Shown here: positions 23,773 through 34,440 of the stretch, in pieces
Numbering within the stretch: the stretch's first letter is position 1
Layout of the letters: each line of letters opens with the position of its first letter
From: Spirochaetia bacterium
GTDB lineage: Bacteria > Spirochaetota > Spirochaetia > SZUA-6 > Bin103
DNA: 64,000 nt
Direction: 5' to 3'
Assembly (NCBI GenBank): GCA_965208575.1
Contig: CBDBOV010000003.1
Span: 384,001 to 448,000, forward strand
Translations under genes and position numbers: made by a program
The notes under the pieces: generated by a model
The model's database searches: none
What the model saw: the letters and a program-made list of their open reading frames with translations, nothing else
What the model was told of the DNA's origin: nothing

Positions 23773-23821
23773 CTACCTTGAATTCCGCCGCTGACAGGGT
23801 ATCACGGAGGGGCCGACCCGC

Positions 23822-25216
23822 TCACTCCTCGTCGTCCTCTTCCGGCATCAGCACGAACTCGGGATAGGCGTCGATCTTCAACTCTGCCGTGTCCTGACCC
23901 ATGCGCTCCACGTTCTTCGTGACGCGCACCGTGAGCAGTACGTCGATCAGCTTCCAGGCCGCGTACGACAGCACGAATACGAAGGCGCCGACCGCCAGTA
24001 CCCCGACGAGTTGCACGCCGAAGTTGCCGCCGGCGGCGATGCACACCGCCAGGGTGCCCCAGACGCCGCAGATCAGGTGGGCGGGTACGGCTCCCACCAC
24101 ATCGTCGATCTTCATCTTCTCCAGCGTCTTGATGCCCAGGGTGCAGAGGAAGCCGCCCACGGCGCCGATGATCACCGACCACAGGTGCTGCGTGATGTCG
24201 GGGCCCGCCGTGATCGAAACCAGCCCCGCTATGGCGCCGTTGAGCGCGGCGAACATGTCGGTGCGGCCGAGCAGCCAGCGGGAGCAGGCGAGCGCGGTGA
24301 TCACGCCGGCGGCGGCGGCCAGGTTGGTGTTCACCATCACGTTGCTCATCGCCACCGCGTCGAGGGCGGAGCCGAGGGCGAGTTGCGAGCCGCCGTTGAA
24401 TCCGAACCAGCCGAGCCACAGGATGAACACCCCGAGCGTGACCAGTACGACGTTGGAGGGCGGCGTGGCGCGGACGGAGCCGTCCTTGCGGAACTTGCCG
24501 AGCCGCGGGCCGACCACCAGCACGCCGGCCAGTGCTGCCCAGCCGCCGGTGCCGTGCACGATGGTGGAACCGGCGAAGTCCTGGAAGCCCATGCCGGCGA
24601 GCCAGCCGCCGCCCCAGGTCCACGCCCCGACCACCGGATAGATGATCGCGGTCAGGATCGCGGTGAACACGAAGAACGACCACATCTTGACCCGCTCCGC
24701 GAGGGCGCCCGAGACGATCGACGCGGCGGTGGCCACGAACACCATCTGGAAGAACCAGTCCGACATGACCGCGTAGCCGCTCTCGACCACCGACGCGGTC
24801 GCCGCGGCCGCCGCCGCCGCATCGTCGCCGAGCAACGCCAGCTCGGCGGCTGACGGGCCGTACAGCAGCTTGAACTTGCCGATGAAGCCGCCCACGTCGA
24901 CGTACATCAGGTTGTAGCCGATCAGGTAGTACGCCAGCCCGGCGATCGAGTACAGGCCGATGTTCTTCAGGCAGATGACGGAGGCGTTCTTGGTGCGCAC
25001 CGAGCCTGCCTCCAGCATCGTGAAACCGGCGGCCATCCACATGACCAGCGCGCCCCACACCAGGAACGAAAAGGTGTTGAACACGAACAGCGTTTCCTCG
25101 TCCACCGCCGCGTACGCGAGCGATGCGCCGCCGAACAGCAGGCCAAGCACCAGCAGTGCCCGCGGTGCCGAAGTCCCGAGGCGGCCGGAAAGCAGGTCAC
25201 CAAGGCGTCGAATCAT
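23822..25216 (-). CDS. amtB: Ammonium transporter
   Basis: AGFTMLEAGSVRTKN, FQMVF, DFAGSTIVH, WLGWFGFNGGS, DDVVGAVPAH. Confidence 0.95.
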   Translation of the reverse strand: MIRRLGDLLSGRLGTSAPRALLVLGLLFGGASLAYAAVDEETLFVFNTFSFLVWGALVMWMAAGFTMLEAGSVRTKNASVICLKNIGLYSIAGLAYYLIGYNLMYVDVGGFIGKFKLLYGPSAAELALLGDDAAAAAAATASVVESGYAVMSDWFFQMVFVATAASIVSGALAERVKMWSFFVFTAILTAIIYPVVGAWTWGGGWLAGMGFQDFAGSTIVHGTGGWAALAGVLVVGPRLGKFRKDGSVRATPPSNVVLVTLGVFILWLGWFGFNGGSQLALGSALDAVAMSNVMVNTNLAAAAGVITALACSRWLLGRTDMFAALNGAIAGLVSITAGPDITQHLWSVIIGAVGGFLCTLGIKTLEKMKIDDVVGAVPAHLICGVWGTLAVCIAAGGNFGVQLVGVLAVGAFVFVLSYAAWKLIDVLLTVRVTKNVERMGQDTAELKIDAYPEFVLMPEEDDEE

Positions 25217-25504
25217 AGTTGTCCATTCTCCTCTATGCGCTACCATGGCGGGGCTTCCGACGAAGGTGGCCGGAGTGGGCCCACCCTCGCAAGGGGTGCG
25301 CGGTCGCAGCGCATGACAGCGACTTCAAGAAGCTCCGGGAGCATACTGTAGAACAGAACGTCCTGTTGATCTACCCGACGCATTGACTCATCGAAAATCT
25401 AACCGTAGCGAAAGCATGCCTCATCTAAAAATCTAACCGAACGGGCTGGACCTTCCGGGTCCGGTTGGAGCCTCTCCGAGGGACGTGAGGAGGTTCCGGA
25501 GGAG

Positions 25505-26779
25505 ATGGGGTTGAAGATGAGTTCAAGGCGAGAGCTCACCGAGCAGCACGCGCAGCGGTATCGTCGGGCGGGCAAGAAGGAGAAGGGGCGCATACTCGAC
25601 GAGTTCGTCGAGTCGACCGGGTACCAGCGCAAGTACGCGATCCATCTGTTGACCTGGTGGGGACGGACCCGCATGGTGCGAGTCGACGGCACACTGGTGA
25701 AGCTGGTGGTCGGGCGTCCGCGGCCTGCCCAGCGCCGCGTGCGACCGCGGCGCTACGACCAGGAGGTGCTGGTCGCTCTGAAGCTGATCTGGTACGTGTT
25801 CGACTGCATGTGCGGCAAGCGCCTGGTGGTCGTGCTGCGCACCATGCTGCCGACGCTGGAGTCGTTCGGCGAGATCGAGCTGACCGCAGCGGTGCGCGGC
25901 AAGCTGCAGACCATCAGCGCCGCGACCATCGACCGGCTGCTGCAGCAGGAGCGCGCACGGCTGCGCCTGAAGGGTCGCACGCACACCAAGCCGGGCACCC
26001 TCCTGAAGGATCAGATCGCGATCCGAACCTTCGCTGACTGGGACGAGCAGGAGCCGGGCTTCTTCGAGATCGACTTGGTGGGCCATGAAGGCGGCAACGC
26101 GTCAGGCGACTTCTGCCACACGCTCACCATCACCGACGTTGACACCGGCTGGGTCGACCTGTACGGCGTGCAGAACAAGGCGCAGCGCTGGACCCACGAG
26201 GCGATCGACGCTGCCCGGCAGAGCCTGCCGATCGTGATGCGGGGGATCGACACCGACAACGGCAGCGAGTTCATCAATCATCATTTGCTGCGCTATTGCG
26301 AAGCGCACGGCATCACGTTCACTCGGGGTCGCCCGCATCGCAAGAACGACACCTGCTACGTCGAGCAGAAGAATGGCCACGTGGTGCGACGGGCGGTCGG
26401 CCACCTGCGTTACGACACCGACCGGGAACTGGCTGCCCTCAACGCGATATACCGCCCGCTGTGCCTGCTGGTGAACTTCTTCTATCCCTCGGTGAAGCTG
26501 GTGAAGAAAACCCGCACCGGCAGCAAGGTGCGCCGCATCTATGACGACCCGCAGACGCCGTATCACCGCATGCTGGCCTCCGAGTCGGTGAGCGAGAAGG
26601 TGAAGAACCGCCTCAAGCAGCAGTACGCGACGTTGAATCCGGTCGCCCTCAAGCGCGAGCTGACCAGGTTGACCGAGGATCTGCTGCAGCTGAACGTCAG
26701 CAAGACCGCCAAGGCCGCACCAAGCACGGTGCAAACACCGAGCGAGGAGCGTGGTGGCAGCGGTCGCACGGCAAAATGA
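25505..26779 (+). CDS. Integrase-core (rve) DDE transposase
   Basis: KGRILDEF...YQRKYAI, PGFFEIDLVGH, DTDNGSEF, RPHRKNDTCYVEQKN. Confidence 0.9.
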   Translation: MGLKMSSRRELTEQHAQRYRRAGKKEKGRILDEFVESTGYQRKYAIHLLTWWGRTRMVRVDGTLVKLVVGRPRPAQRRVRPRRYDQEVLVALKLIWYVFDCMCGKRLVVVLRTMLPTLESFGEIELTAAVRGKLQTISAATIDRLLQQERARLRLKGRTHTKPGTLLKDQIAIRTFADWDEQEPGFFEIDLVGHEGGNASGDFCHTLTITDVDTGWVDLYGVQNKAQRWTHEAIDAARQSLPIVMRGIDTDNGSEFINHHLLRYCEAHGITFTRGRPHRKNDTCYVEQKNGHVVRRAVGHLRYDTDRELAALNAIYRPLCLLVNFFYPSVKLVKKTRTGSKVRRIYDDPQTPYHRMLASESVSEKVKNRLKQQYATLNPVALKRELTRLTEDLLQLNVSKTAKAAPSTVQTPSEERGGSGRTAK

Positions 26780-26839
26780 CCCTCTCAGGCGGGTCTGACG
26801 GTCGATAATCGGAGAATGGGCGGTCAGCGATGAGAAAAC

Positions 26840-26903
26840 GTCGCCTCAGCCGCGCTGTAAGGCCCCTCCACGACACGAGGTGGTGTCTGGATACCCCCGT
26901 GTC
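26840..26903 (+). repeat. 64-bp direct repeat, copy 1 (copy 2 at 28812-28875)
   Basis: 60/64 identical by manual comparison. Confidence 0.9.
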
Positions 26904-28595
26904 TATGCATAACCATGCAATTCAGTGCAACTTTATCCGCGACCGTAAGCCGGGTGGCGGAGTCCCGGTGCCGTCCCTGCAGTGCCTCGGCGAGGCGATT
27001 GCGGACCGCTGCCAGCCGGCTGCGTACCCGCCTGATGCTCTTTTCCAGGGCCCGGCGCACCGGTTCACGACCCGTGCGTCGGGCTCCGGCGGCGCAAGGT
27101 CATGGCTCGGCAGCGCGTCAAGGTTGAACTGCTCGCGCAGGTACTTGAAGAAGTTCTCCTGCGACCAGCGCGAGAACATGGCGCCGGCGACCTGCGCCAA
27201 CGGCATCTGCGGGTGCGTGGTGATCACCGCCACCTGACGACCGTTGGCCAGACGCCGCCGGATCTGGCGCACCACCAGCCCGTTGCGCAGCATGATCGGC
27301 TGCTCGGCCAGATCAACCGCAGTCGTGCTGGTGCCGGCGGGACCATGGATCGGTACCTCGAAGGTGTGGAAGTCTTCCGGCAGCCAGTCCGCGCCGTTGA
27401 AGTTCTTGTGCCAGGTGATGCAGGCGATGCCACGCCGGGCCAGGCGCTTGAACAGGTCCGGGCTCCAGCCCTCGCGGTCGAACACCAGGGTCAGCTGCGG
27501 GGTACCGGCCGGTGCTCCGGTCAGGTCGGGGGCCGCTTCGGTCACCACCCCCAGGTGCTGCAACTGCGGCACCACGTCGTGCTTGATCGCATTCACCGGC
27601 TTCGGGTCCAGCGCCTTGTGCAGGCACAGCAGCGGTGCGCCGCCGAGGGCGTTGATCCAGTAGCTCACCGACGCCGGCAGACACAGCTTCTGGCGTGCGA
27701 CGAAGTGTTTCGGCAACCGCCCGTTGCGCCCGGTGTACACCTTCACGTGGCCATCCACGGCCAGCGTCGTCCAGTCGTCGTCGTGCTCGCTGGCCCAGGT
27801 ACGCGCCAGTACCGATTGCCAATCGCGCACGGTGTGCTCGGCGCTGGCCAGCAGCCTGATCTTGCGGCGCAGCGTCTTGGTCTCCGGACAGCGGTCGAGG
27901 CCGAGGATGGCGCCCCACTCGCCGGGTGCCTGGTAGCGCAGGCTCTCGGGGTTGCGCACCCGGGCCAGGGTCATGCAGGCGACGAACAGGAGGATGGTGG
28001 TCAGGCCGTAGAATCCGGCCGGCAGGCGGAACAGGCGGTTGGCGGCGGTGAGCAGGCCCTCGCGCAGCAGCATCGCCAGTGCGGCCAGCACGCCGCCGCC
28101 AGCGACCGCGTGGGCGGGCTCGACGAACGCTGGTGTGGCCTCGGTCAGCAGGCCGGCTCTGGCGAGCGTGCGGCGTTCCACGTCGCGCGCCGCGCGGCCC
28201 ATGGGCGCGTGCTTGTCGCGGGCGTCGCGGCTGGCGCGCTCAGTGGCGACCGCCGGGTCGCTGACCGCGGCGGCGGTGCTGACCGGGTGATCAGTGGTGG
28301 TGGCCGCCGGCGCAACCTCGGCGCTGGCGGCGGGCTCCCGGGTGGGATCTGTGATGACGCCGGCGCGGCGGTTCTCGTTGAAGGTGCTCACCGGGATGCC
28401 GAGTTCGCGAGCGCAGGCTGAGCCGCTCATCCCGGAAGCGAGCAGCTTGGCTGCCTGGTCCGCCATCTCGGCGTCGTCCACGGTGGCCTCCACGGCACCG
28501 CGCCGGCTGACTCCGGTCGGGCTACGCCCTCCGTCCGTCAGCGGGGTACAGCATCTCCTCCGCCCCGTTCGATCCCGACGGCTCCGGTGTCGCAA
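26904..28595 (-). pseudogene. Second, unrelated DDE-type transposase; frameshifted near 27060 and truncated
   Basis: GFYGL, PGEWG.ILGLDR.PE.KTLRRK, VDGHVKVY, FDREGWSP, RWSQENFFKY; reading frame continues in ORF 26824-27060 and then loses coherence. Confidence 0.7.
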
Positions 28596-28811
28596 CCTCG
28601 TCGCCTACCCCGTCCCGGCGGTGGGGAATTGTCATGACCCTGCCCCGGGCAACGCACCTCGGTGCAGTTGTCCGGGGCGCCTCGCTCCGTGCGCTCCGCA
28701 GCAACCTGCGCGCCGATCGCGGCGTGGGCGGCATCACCCGGCTCGGCAAATGACTTCTGAGCGTCTCTGACGCCCGTATATCCGTGAGCCAGACGGTCGG
28801 CGTCAAGAAAT

Positions 28812-28875
28812 GTCGCCTCAGCCGCGCTGTAAGGCCTCTCCGCGACACGAGGTGGTGTCTGGACATCCCCGTGTC
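28812..28875 (+). repeat. 64-bp direct repeat, copy 2
   Basis: See 26840-26903. Confidence 0.9.
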
Positions 28876-29357
28876 ACCAGCACCGAAGTCGCCTCCAGAC
28901 CCGTCCGCCCCCTCTTCGGTCAGCGACACGACACGGCACCGACCACCTCCCTGCCGTTGACGCCTCCTCATCCGCGCCGACCAACCAGATACGCCCCCGG
29001 TCGCGTTGGTGTGCTTGAATCAACCCGGCCGGTCGCCCAGCAGCCTATCCACTTATCCACAATTTATGAGTCTCCCCCCTCGCGCTCCCCCCTCGTTCTC
29101 CGCCTCCCTTTCGGTTAGATTCTTACGTGAGGCACGCTCACCGTAAGGTTAGATTTTTACGTGAGGCAATAGGCCCGACGCCGCACGAGTAGCACGAGTG
29201 GTATTCGCGCTGCCGGCGGAGGATCCGCTCGGACCCGGTGGCCGTTGCACGGCGAGGTGGCTTGCGCGATGATTCAGGCAATGACTAGCGATATGTCCTG
29301 GATACAGTGGCCGGCGTGGTTCGCGGGTTTTGTGGGATGGCGTGCCCACCTCCGGGG

Positions 29358-30071
29358 ATGAAGGTTACGATCATCGTGGCCCTGCGGGAGGAGTTGGACG
29401 CCTTCCGGCGCGCGCACGAACTCGCTCCGGTGCCGCCGCGGGGACCGTTCGCGGCGTTTCGGTGGCGGCACGCCGCCGCCGACGTGACGGTGCTGCACTC
29501 CGGTGCCGGCAAGGTTAGCGCCGCCATGGCTGCTCAGTACGCGGTCGATCACTTCCGGCCGGACTACCTGATCGCGACCGGGATCGCCGGCGCGCTCAGC
29601 GGCCGGCTTGAGTTGGGCGACGTGGTGGTGAGCCGCGACTGTGTGCAGCACGACCTGGACGTGTCCGCGCTCGGCGTCCCGGTGGGGCAGGTGCCCCGTA
29701 CCGGGCATCGGTTCGTGGCCGCCGACCCGAGGCTGATCGCGCTGGCGACGGCAACGGAGGTGCCCGGGCAGAACGTGGTAGCGGGACGGATCCTGACCGG
29801 TGACCAGTTCGTCGCCGCCGCTGCCACCGGGCGCGAGCGGCTGCGCGGTCTGAACGGCGCCGCCGTGGAGATGGAGGGCGCGGCGGTTGCCCTGGTGGCG
29901 GCGGTGAACCGGATCCCGTTTGTGATAGTCCGTGCGGTTGCGAACCACGCCGACGGCGCCGCGCCGGCGGAATTCGGCGCCTGTCTGCGGCGTGCCGCGG
30001 CCAACTCCTGCACCGTGTGTGCCGGCATCCTGCGCGGTCTTGCCGCCGACCCGGACCGCGGTCCCGGCTGA
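29358..30071 (+). CDS. MTA/SAH nucleosidase family protein (PNP/UDP fold)
   Basis: MKVTIIVALREE, SGAGKV, TGIAGAL, QHDLD, ILTGDQF, VEMEGAAVA. Confidence 0.82.
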   Translation: MKVTIIVALREELDAFRRAHELAPVPPRGPFAAFRWRHAAADVTVLHSGAGKVSAAMAAQYAVDHFRPDYLIATGIAGALSGRLELGDVVVSRDCVQHDLDVSALGVPVGQVPRTGHRFVAADPRLIALATATEVPGQNVVAGRILTGDQFVAAAATGRERLRGLNGAAVEMEGAAVALVAAVNRIPFVIVRAVANHADGAAPAEFGACLRRAAANSCTVCAGILRGLAADPDRGPG

Positions 30072-30170
30072 TCCGGCTCGATCCGCTCGGTGACGCCGGT
30101 CGGCGGAGCCGCCGAGCGCCTGCGTGTCGCGGCCGGTCGCGGCCACTTGCACGGTCGCACCGCCGCCGCG

Positions 30171-31469
30171 ATGATGAACGCCATGTCAGCTAGGCGCACC
30201 GAGCGGGCCTGGGTACTGTACGACGTGGCGAACTCGGCGTACGCGCTGATGGTGACCACCGCCATCTTCCCGCTGTTCTACAAGAACGTGATCGCGGCCG
30301 GCGTACCGGGCGCGGTTTCGACGGCCCGCCTGGCGTTCGCGAGCAGTGCGTTCACGCTGGTGGTCGCCGTCCTGGCCACCGCGCTCGGTCCGATGGCCGA
30401 CTACGAGGGGCGCAAGAAGCGATTCTTTGCCGGCTTCTTCGGGCTTGGCGTGGCCGCCACCGCGGTGCTGGCGTTCGTGCCCGCCGGGCGGGAGGTCGCG
30501 GTACTGGCCGTGTACGGGTTGTCCGCGATCGGATTCGCGGCCGCCAACGTGTTCTACGACTCGTTCCTGACCGACGTGACCACCCCGGAACGCATGGACC
30601 GCGTGTCGTCGGCCGGCTATGCCTGGGGCTACGTCGGCTCGACGGTGCCGTTCGTGGCGGCGATGGCGCTGATCAACCTCGCGCCGGGCGCCGGGCTGCT
30701 GTCCACCGAGGCGACGGTGCGCATCGCCATTCTCGTTGCAGCCGGCTGGTGGGTGGCGTTCACGGTACCGCTGTTCCGCTCGGTGCGCCAGGTGCACTTC
30801 GTGGCGGCGGCGGGGCCGGCGCTGCGCGACCTGGCGCGCGACAGCGTGCGGCGGGTGGCGGCGGTGGTGCGCGACGTGCGCGGCCACCGGGCGGTGTTCC
30901 TGTTCCTGGGCGCCTACTTCTTCTACATCGACGGCGTCGGCACCGTGATCAAGCTGGCCACCGCCTACGGCACCGACCTGGGTCTGTCCGCGCAGACGTT
31001 GCTGATGATGCTGCTGGTGGTGCAGTTGGTGGCGTTTCCGTGCGCGTTGATCTACGGACGGTTGGCGGAGGGGCGGCCGGGGGCGACCCGGACCCTGCTC
31101 CTGGTGGGAATCGGCATCTACACCGTGATTACGGTGATGGCGTTCGTTATCTGGCGGCTGCCGGAGCCGGCGCGGGTGCCGGTGTTCTGGCTGCTGTCGA
31201 TGCTGGTGGCCAGCTCCCAGGGCGGCATCCAGGCGCTGTCGCGGTCGTTCTACGCGGGATTGATACCAGCGAACTCGTCGGCCGAGTTCTTCGGCTTCTA
31301 CAACATCTTCGGCAAGTTCGCGGCCATCATGGGACCGGCCCTGGTGGGTGCGTTCGCGGCGCTGACCGGCGACTCCAGCATCGGCGTGCTGAGCATCTCG
31401 GTGCTGTTCGTGGTGGGCGGCATCCTGTTGACCCGGGTACCGGACCAGGCGCCGCGCGGGGTGCGCTGA
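30171..31469 (+). CDS. MFS transporter (ATG22/UMF1-like)
   Basis: W.LYDVANSAY, NVFYDSFL, GYAWGYVG, YIDGVGT, QALSRS, EFFGFY. Confidence 0.88.
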   Translation: MMNAMSARRTERAWVLYDVANSAYALMVTTAIFPLFYKNVIAAGVPGAVSTARLAFASSAFTLVVAVLATALGPMADYEGRKKRFFAGFFGLGVAATAVLAFVPAGREVAVLAVYGLSAIGFAAANVFYDSFLTDVTTPERMDRVSSAGYAWGYVGSTVPFVAAMALINLAPGAGLLSTEATVRIAILVAAGWWVAFTVPLFRSVRQVHFVAAAGPALRDLARDSVRRVAAVVRDVRGHRAVFLFLGAYFFYIDGVGTVIKLATAYGTDLGLSAQTLLMMLLVVQLVAFPCALIYGRLAEGRPGATRTLLLVGIGIYTVITVMAFVIWRLPEPARVPVFWLLSMLVASSQGGIQALSRSFYAGLIPANSSAEFFGFYNIFGKFAAIMGPALVGAFAALTGDSSIGVLSISVLFVVGGILLTRVPDQAPRGVR

Positions 31470-31500
31470 CCGCCGGGCGGCACGACCCGAGCGGGCGGCG

Positions 31501-33114
31501 CTACGGGGCGAAGCGGGCCAGGAGCTGGTCGACGGGCAGCCGGTCGGTGTGCTCGGGAGCGTCCCACAGGCGGCGCACGGCGGCGGCCCGCGGCGCCGGC
31601 AACCGAGCGGCGCTGTGCGCGAACTTGGCGGCCAGGTGCGGCTCCGCCTCGGCGCGGCGGCGCGGGTGGCCGAGCGGGTATTCCACCGCCACCGGGTTGG
31701 TCGACGTGCCGTCCCGGAAGCGCACCTGGACGCGGTTGCCGATGGCCCGCCTGCCGGGGTCGAGATACGCATCGGTGTAGCGCGGATCCTCGTGCACGCT
31801 GGTGCGTTCGCGCAGGAAATCGATGCGCGGATCTGCCGCGGCGGCGTCCCGGTAGTGCTCGCCGCGCAACTCGCCGCACAGCAGCGCCACCGCCACCATG
31901 TACTGCAGGCAGTGGTCGCGGGCGGCGGGCGTGGTGAGCGGACCCTGCTTGTCGATGATGCGCACGGCGGACTCCTGCGTGTGGATCACGATTTCGGCCA
32001 CCTCGGCCGCGCGCGGGGCCACTTCCGGATGGAGGGCGAAGGCAGCCTCGACCGCGGTCTGGCCGTGGAACTCCGCCGGGAAGCCGACCTTGAACAGGAT
32101 GTTCTCGGCCACGTAGCAGCCGAGCGGCTGGTCGAGGCGCACCTCGGCGCCGCGCAGCACCACGTCCTGAAAGCCCCAGCGCGGCGCGCTGAGCGCGGCC
32201 GGATAGCCCATCTCGCCGCGCAGCGCGAGCAGCGCCAGCCACAGCCCGCGGCTGGTGGCGTCGCCGGCGGCCCATGACTTGCGCGACCCGGTGGTGGCTC
32301 CGTGGCGGTAGGTGCGCAGGGCGCCGCCGTCGAGGAACGCGTGCGACAGCGCCGCCAGCACCTGCTCGGGGGTGCCGCCGAGCAGTCGGGCGGCCACCCC
32401 CGCGCTGGCGATCCGCACCAGGATCACGTGGTCGAGGCCGACGCGGTTGAAGCTGTTCTGCAGGGCGAGGATGCCCTGCACCTCGTACGCCTGGATCTGC
32501 GCCGTCAGCAGGTCGCGCACCGCCAGGCCGCGCACCTGGGCGGCCGCGAGCAATGCGCCGAGGTTGTCGGACGGGTGGCCCCACTCGGCCGCCAGCCAGG
32601 TGTCGTTGTAGTCCAGCCAGCGGATCAGGGCGCCGGTGTTGAACGCCGCCGTGACCGGGTCGAGCTCCAGCGCCGTGCCCGGCACGCCGGCGGTGGCCGG
32701 TACGGGTGCCGCGCCCCCGGCGCGTGTGGCGTCCAGTGAGGGTGCGGCGTCCGGTCGGGGCACGTCCGTGGGCGCGGGCGTGGCCGCCGGCGCGCATGCT
32801 GCGTCCGCTACGGGTGCGGCATCGCACGCGTGCGGAGCGCGCGGGGCGGACTCGGCGCCCGGTGCCGGCGCGGCGCCCCGGCCGGCGGCCGGCGGGGCGG
32901 TTTGCGGGGCCGGCGCGGCGAGCGGGCCGAGCAGCCGGCGGCACTCCGGCACGTCGAGGGCGAGCAGGGCGCAGCCGAGCGAGTCGAGCAGGCTCTTGCG
33001 CGCGGTGCGGTAGGCCAGCTCGCTGAACTCGGGCGGCGCGGTGAGGTAATCGGTGATCCTGGCCAGGACCGGATCCGCCGCGGTCACCATCCGCGAACCA
33101 GTCTGTACGGTCAC
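31501..33114 (-). CDS. prpD: 2-methylcitrate dehydratase with ~70-aa Ala/Pro insertion
   Basis: [61 protein letters not shown]. Confidence 0.93.
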   Translation of the reverse strand: MTVQTGSRMVTAADPVLARITDYLTAPPEFSELAYRTARKSLLDSLGCALLALDVPECRRLLGPLAAPAPQTAPPAAGRGAAPAPGAESAPRAPHACDAAPVADAACAPAATPAPTDVPRPDAAPSLDATRAGGAAPVPATAGVPGTALELDPVTAAFNTGALIRWLDYNDTWLAAEWGHPSDNLGALLAAAQVRGLAVRDLLTAQIQAYEVQGILALQNSFNRVGLDHVILVRIASAGVAARLLGGTPEQVLAALSHAFLDGGALRTYRHGATTGSRKSWAAGDATSRGLWLALLALRGEMGYPAALSAPRWGFQDVVLRGAEVRLDQPLGCYVAENILFKVGFPAEFHGQTAVEAAFALHPEVAPRAAEVAEIVIHTQESAVRIIDKQGPLTTPAARDHCLQYMVAVALLCGELRGEHYRDAAAADPRIDFLRERTSVHEDPRYTDAYLDPGRRAIGNRVQVRFRDGTSTNPVAVEYPLGHPRRRAEAEPHLAAKFAHSAARLPAPRAAAVRRLWDAPEHTDRLPVDQLLARFAP

Positions 33115-33282
33115 GCCGCGGTACCGAGGACGATGAACACCGATGCCGGAGCATCGCCCACCGGCCGGCTCGTTCGGACCCGGCTCGAGGGGGAACCCGG
33201 TGCGGTGCCGGGAGCGGCCCGGCTTGGCGCGACGACTGAGCGCATCGGGTATCGGCGGGGGAGGAGTGCCCCCGCCGGCCGC

Positions 33283-34440
33283 CTAGGCGCCATCGCGCCG
33301 ATGCGGGCCGGGCAGCGGCCGCGGCGGTGGGCCGGTGTAGGCCGCGGTGGGGCGGATCAGCCGATTGTCGGCGCGTTGCTCGAGGTAGTGCGCGGCCCAG
33401 CCGGCGACGCGGCTGATCACGAATAACGGCGTGAACAGCGGGGTGGGGATACCGCAGTTGTGAAACAGCAGCGCGCTGTAGAAGTCGAGGTTGGGAAACA
33501 GCTTCTTCTCGCGCCGCATCACCGCCTCGATGCGCTGCGCGACGGCGAACTGCCGGCGCTGCTCGCCGGATGCCGCCAGCCGCTCGGCCCAGCGCTTCAC
33601 CACCGGGCTGCGCGGATCGGACTCGCGGTACACGCGGTGTCCGAATCCCATGACCAGCTCGCGGCGGGCGAGCATCTGCAGCAGGGCGCGCTCCGCTTCG
33701 CCGGGGTCGTGCAACCGCTCGATCAGGGCCATGGCGGCCTCGTTGGCGCCGCCGTGCAGCGGGCCGCGCAGGGCGGCGATGCCGGCCGTCATCGCGGAGT
33801 GGAAGTCGCTCAGGGTCGAGGCCACCACCCGCGCCGCGAAGGTGGACGCGTTGAACTCGTGCTCGGCGTACAGGATCAGGGCCGCATCCAGGGCGGCGAC
33901 CTGGTCGGCGCTCGCGGCGCCGGGGCCGCGCAGCAGGTCGAGAATCCAGGCGGCCAGCGATGGTGCGCCGCCGCCCACGTCGAGGCGCTCGCCGCCGGCG
34001 GCGAACGCGTGCTGGTACAGCAGCGCGCCCGGCAGCAGCGCCAGCAGGCCGTCCGCCTGGCCGCGGACGGCGGCCGGATCGTACGGGGCGGCGCCCGCGC
34101 CGGCGCCGGCGGCGGTTTGGGCCTCGGCGCCCGCGAACGAGCACGCGGTACGCAGCACGTCCATGGGATGGGAGGCCGCCGGCATCGCCTCCAGCACGCG
34201 GCGCAGGGCGGCGCTCAGACCGCGCCGCGCGCGCAGCGCGCGCCGATAGTCCTGCAGCCCGGCGGGGCCGGGCAGTTCGCCATGGATGAGCAGGTACGCG
34301 CACTGCTCGTAGGTGGCGTGCGCGGCCAGCTCCTCGATCGGGTAGCCGCGGTAGGTGAGTCCGGCGCCGCTCTTGCCCACCGTGCTTACCTCCGTCTCGC
34401 CGGCCACCACGCCGGCCAGCCCCGCGCTGCCGCTGCTCAT
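33283..34440 (-). CDS. prpC: 2-methylcitrate synthase
   Basis: LTYRGY, HPMDVLRT, YAEHEFNASTF, GPLHGGANEA, MGFGH, FPNLDF; lies between prpB and prpD. Confidence 0.92.
   Translation of the reverse strand: MSSGSAGLAGVVAGETEVSTVGKSGAGLTYRGYPIEELAAHATYEQCAYLLIHGELPGPAGLQDYRRALRARRGLSAALRRVLEAMPAASHPMDVLRTACSFAGAEAQTAAGAGAGAAPYDPAAVRGQADGLLALLPGALLYQHAFAAGGERLDVGGGAPSLAAWILDLLRGPGAASADQVAALDAALILYAEHEFNASTFAARVVASTLSDFHSAMTAGIAALRGPLHGGANEAAMALIERLHDPGEAERALLQMLARRELVMGFGHRVYRESDPRSPVVKRWAERLAASGEQRRQFAVAQRIEAVMRREKKLFPNLDFYSALLFHNCGIPTPLFTPLFVISRVAGWAAHYLEQRADNRLIRPTAAYTGPPPRPLPGPHRRDGA

Larger units (their letters stand above)
25384..29168 (+). mobile_element. Transposon with TG...CA ends and doubled sub-terminal repeats (ISNCY/IS481-related)
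   Basis: TG(A/C)CTCA-N-AAAATCTAACC at 25384 and 25417; inverted copies at 29112-29134 and 29147-29168. No clear target duplication. Confidence 0.8.

Noticed and set aside
25374-29181. CCCGACGC on both sides of the transposon as a target duplication
   Set aside because: The copies are offset from the element ends by different distances and are not directly abutting; plausible by chance in GC-rich DNA.
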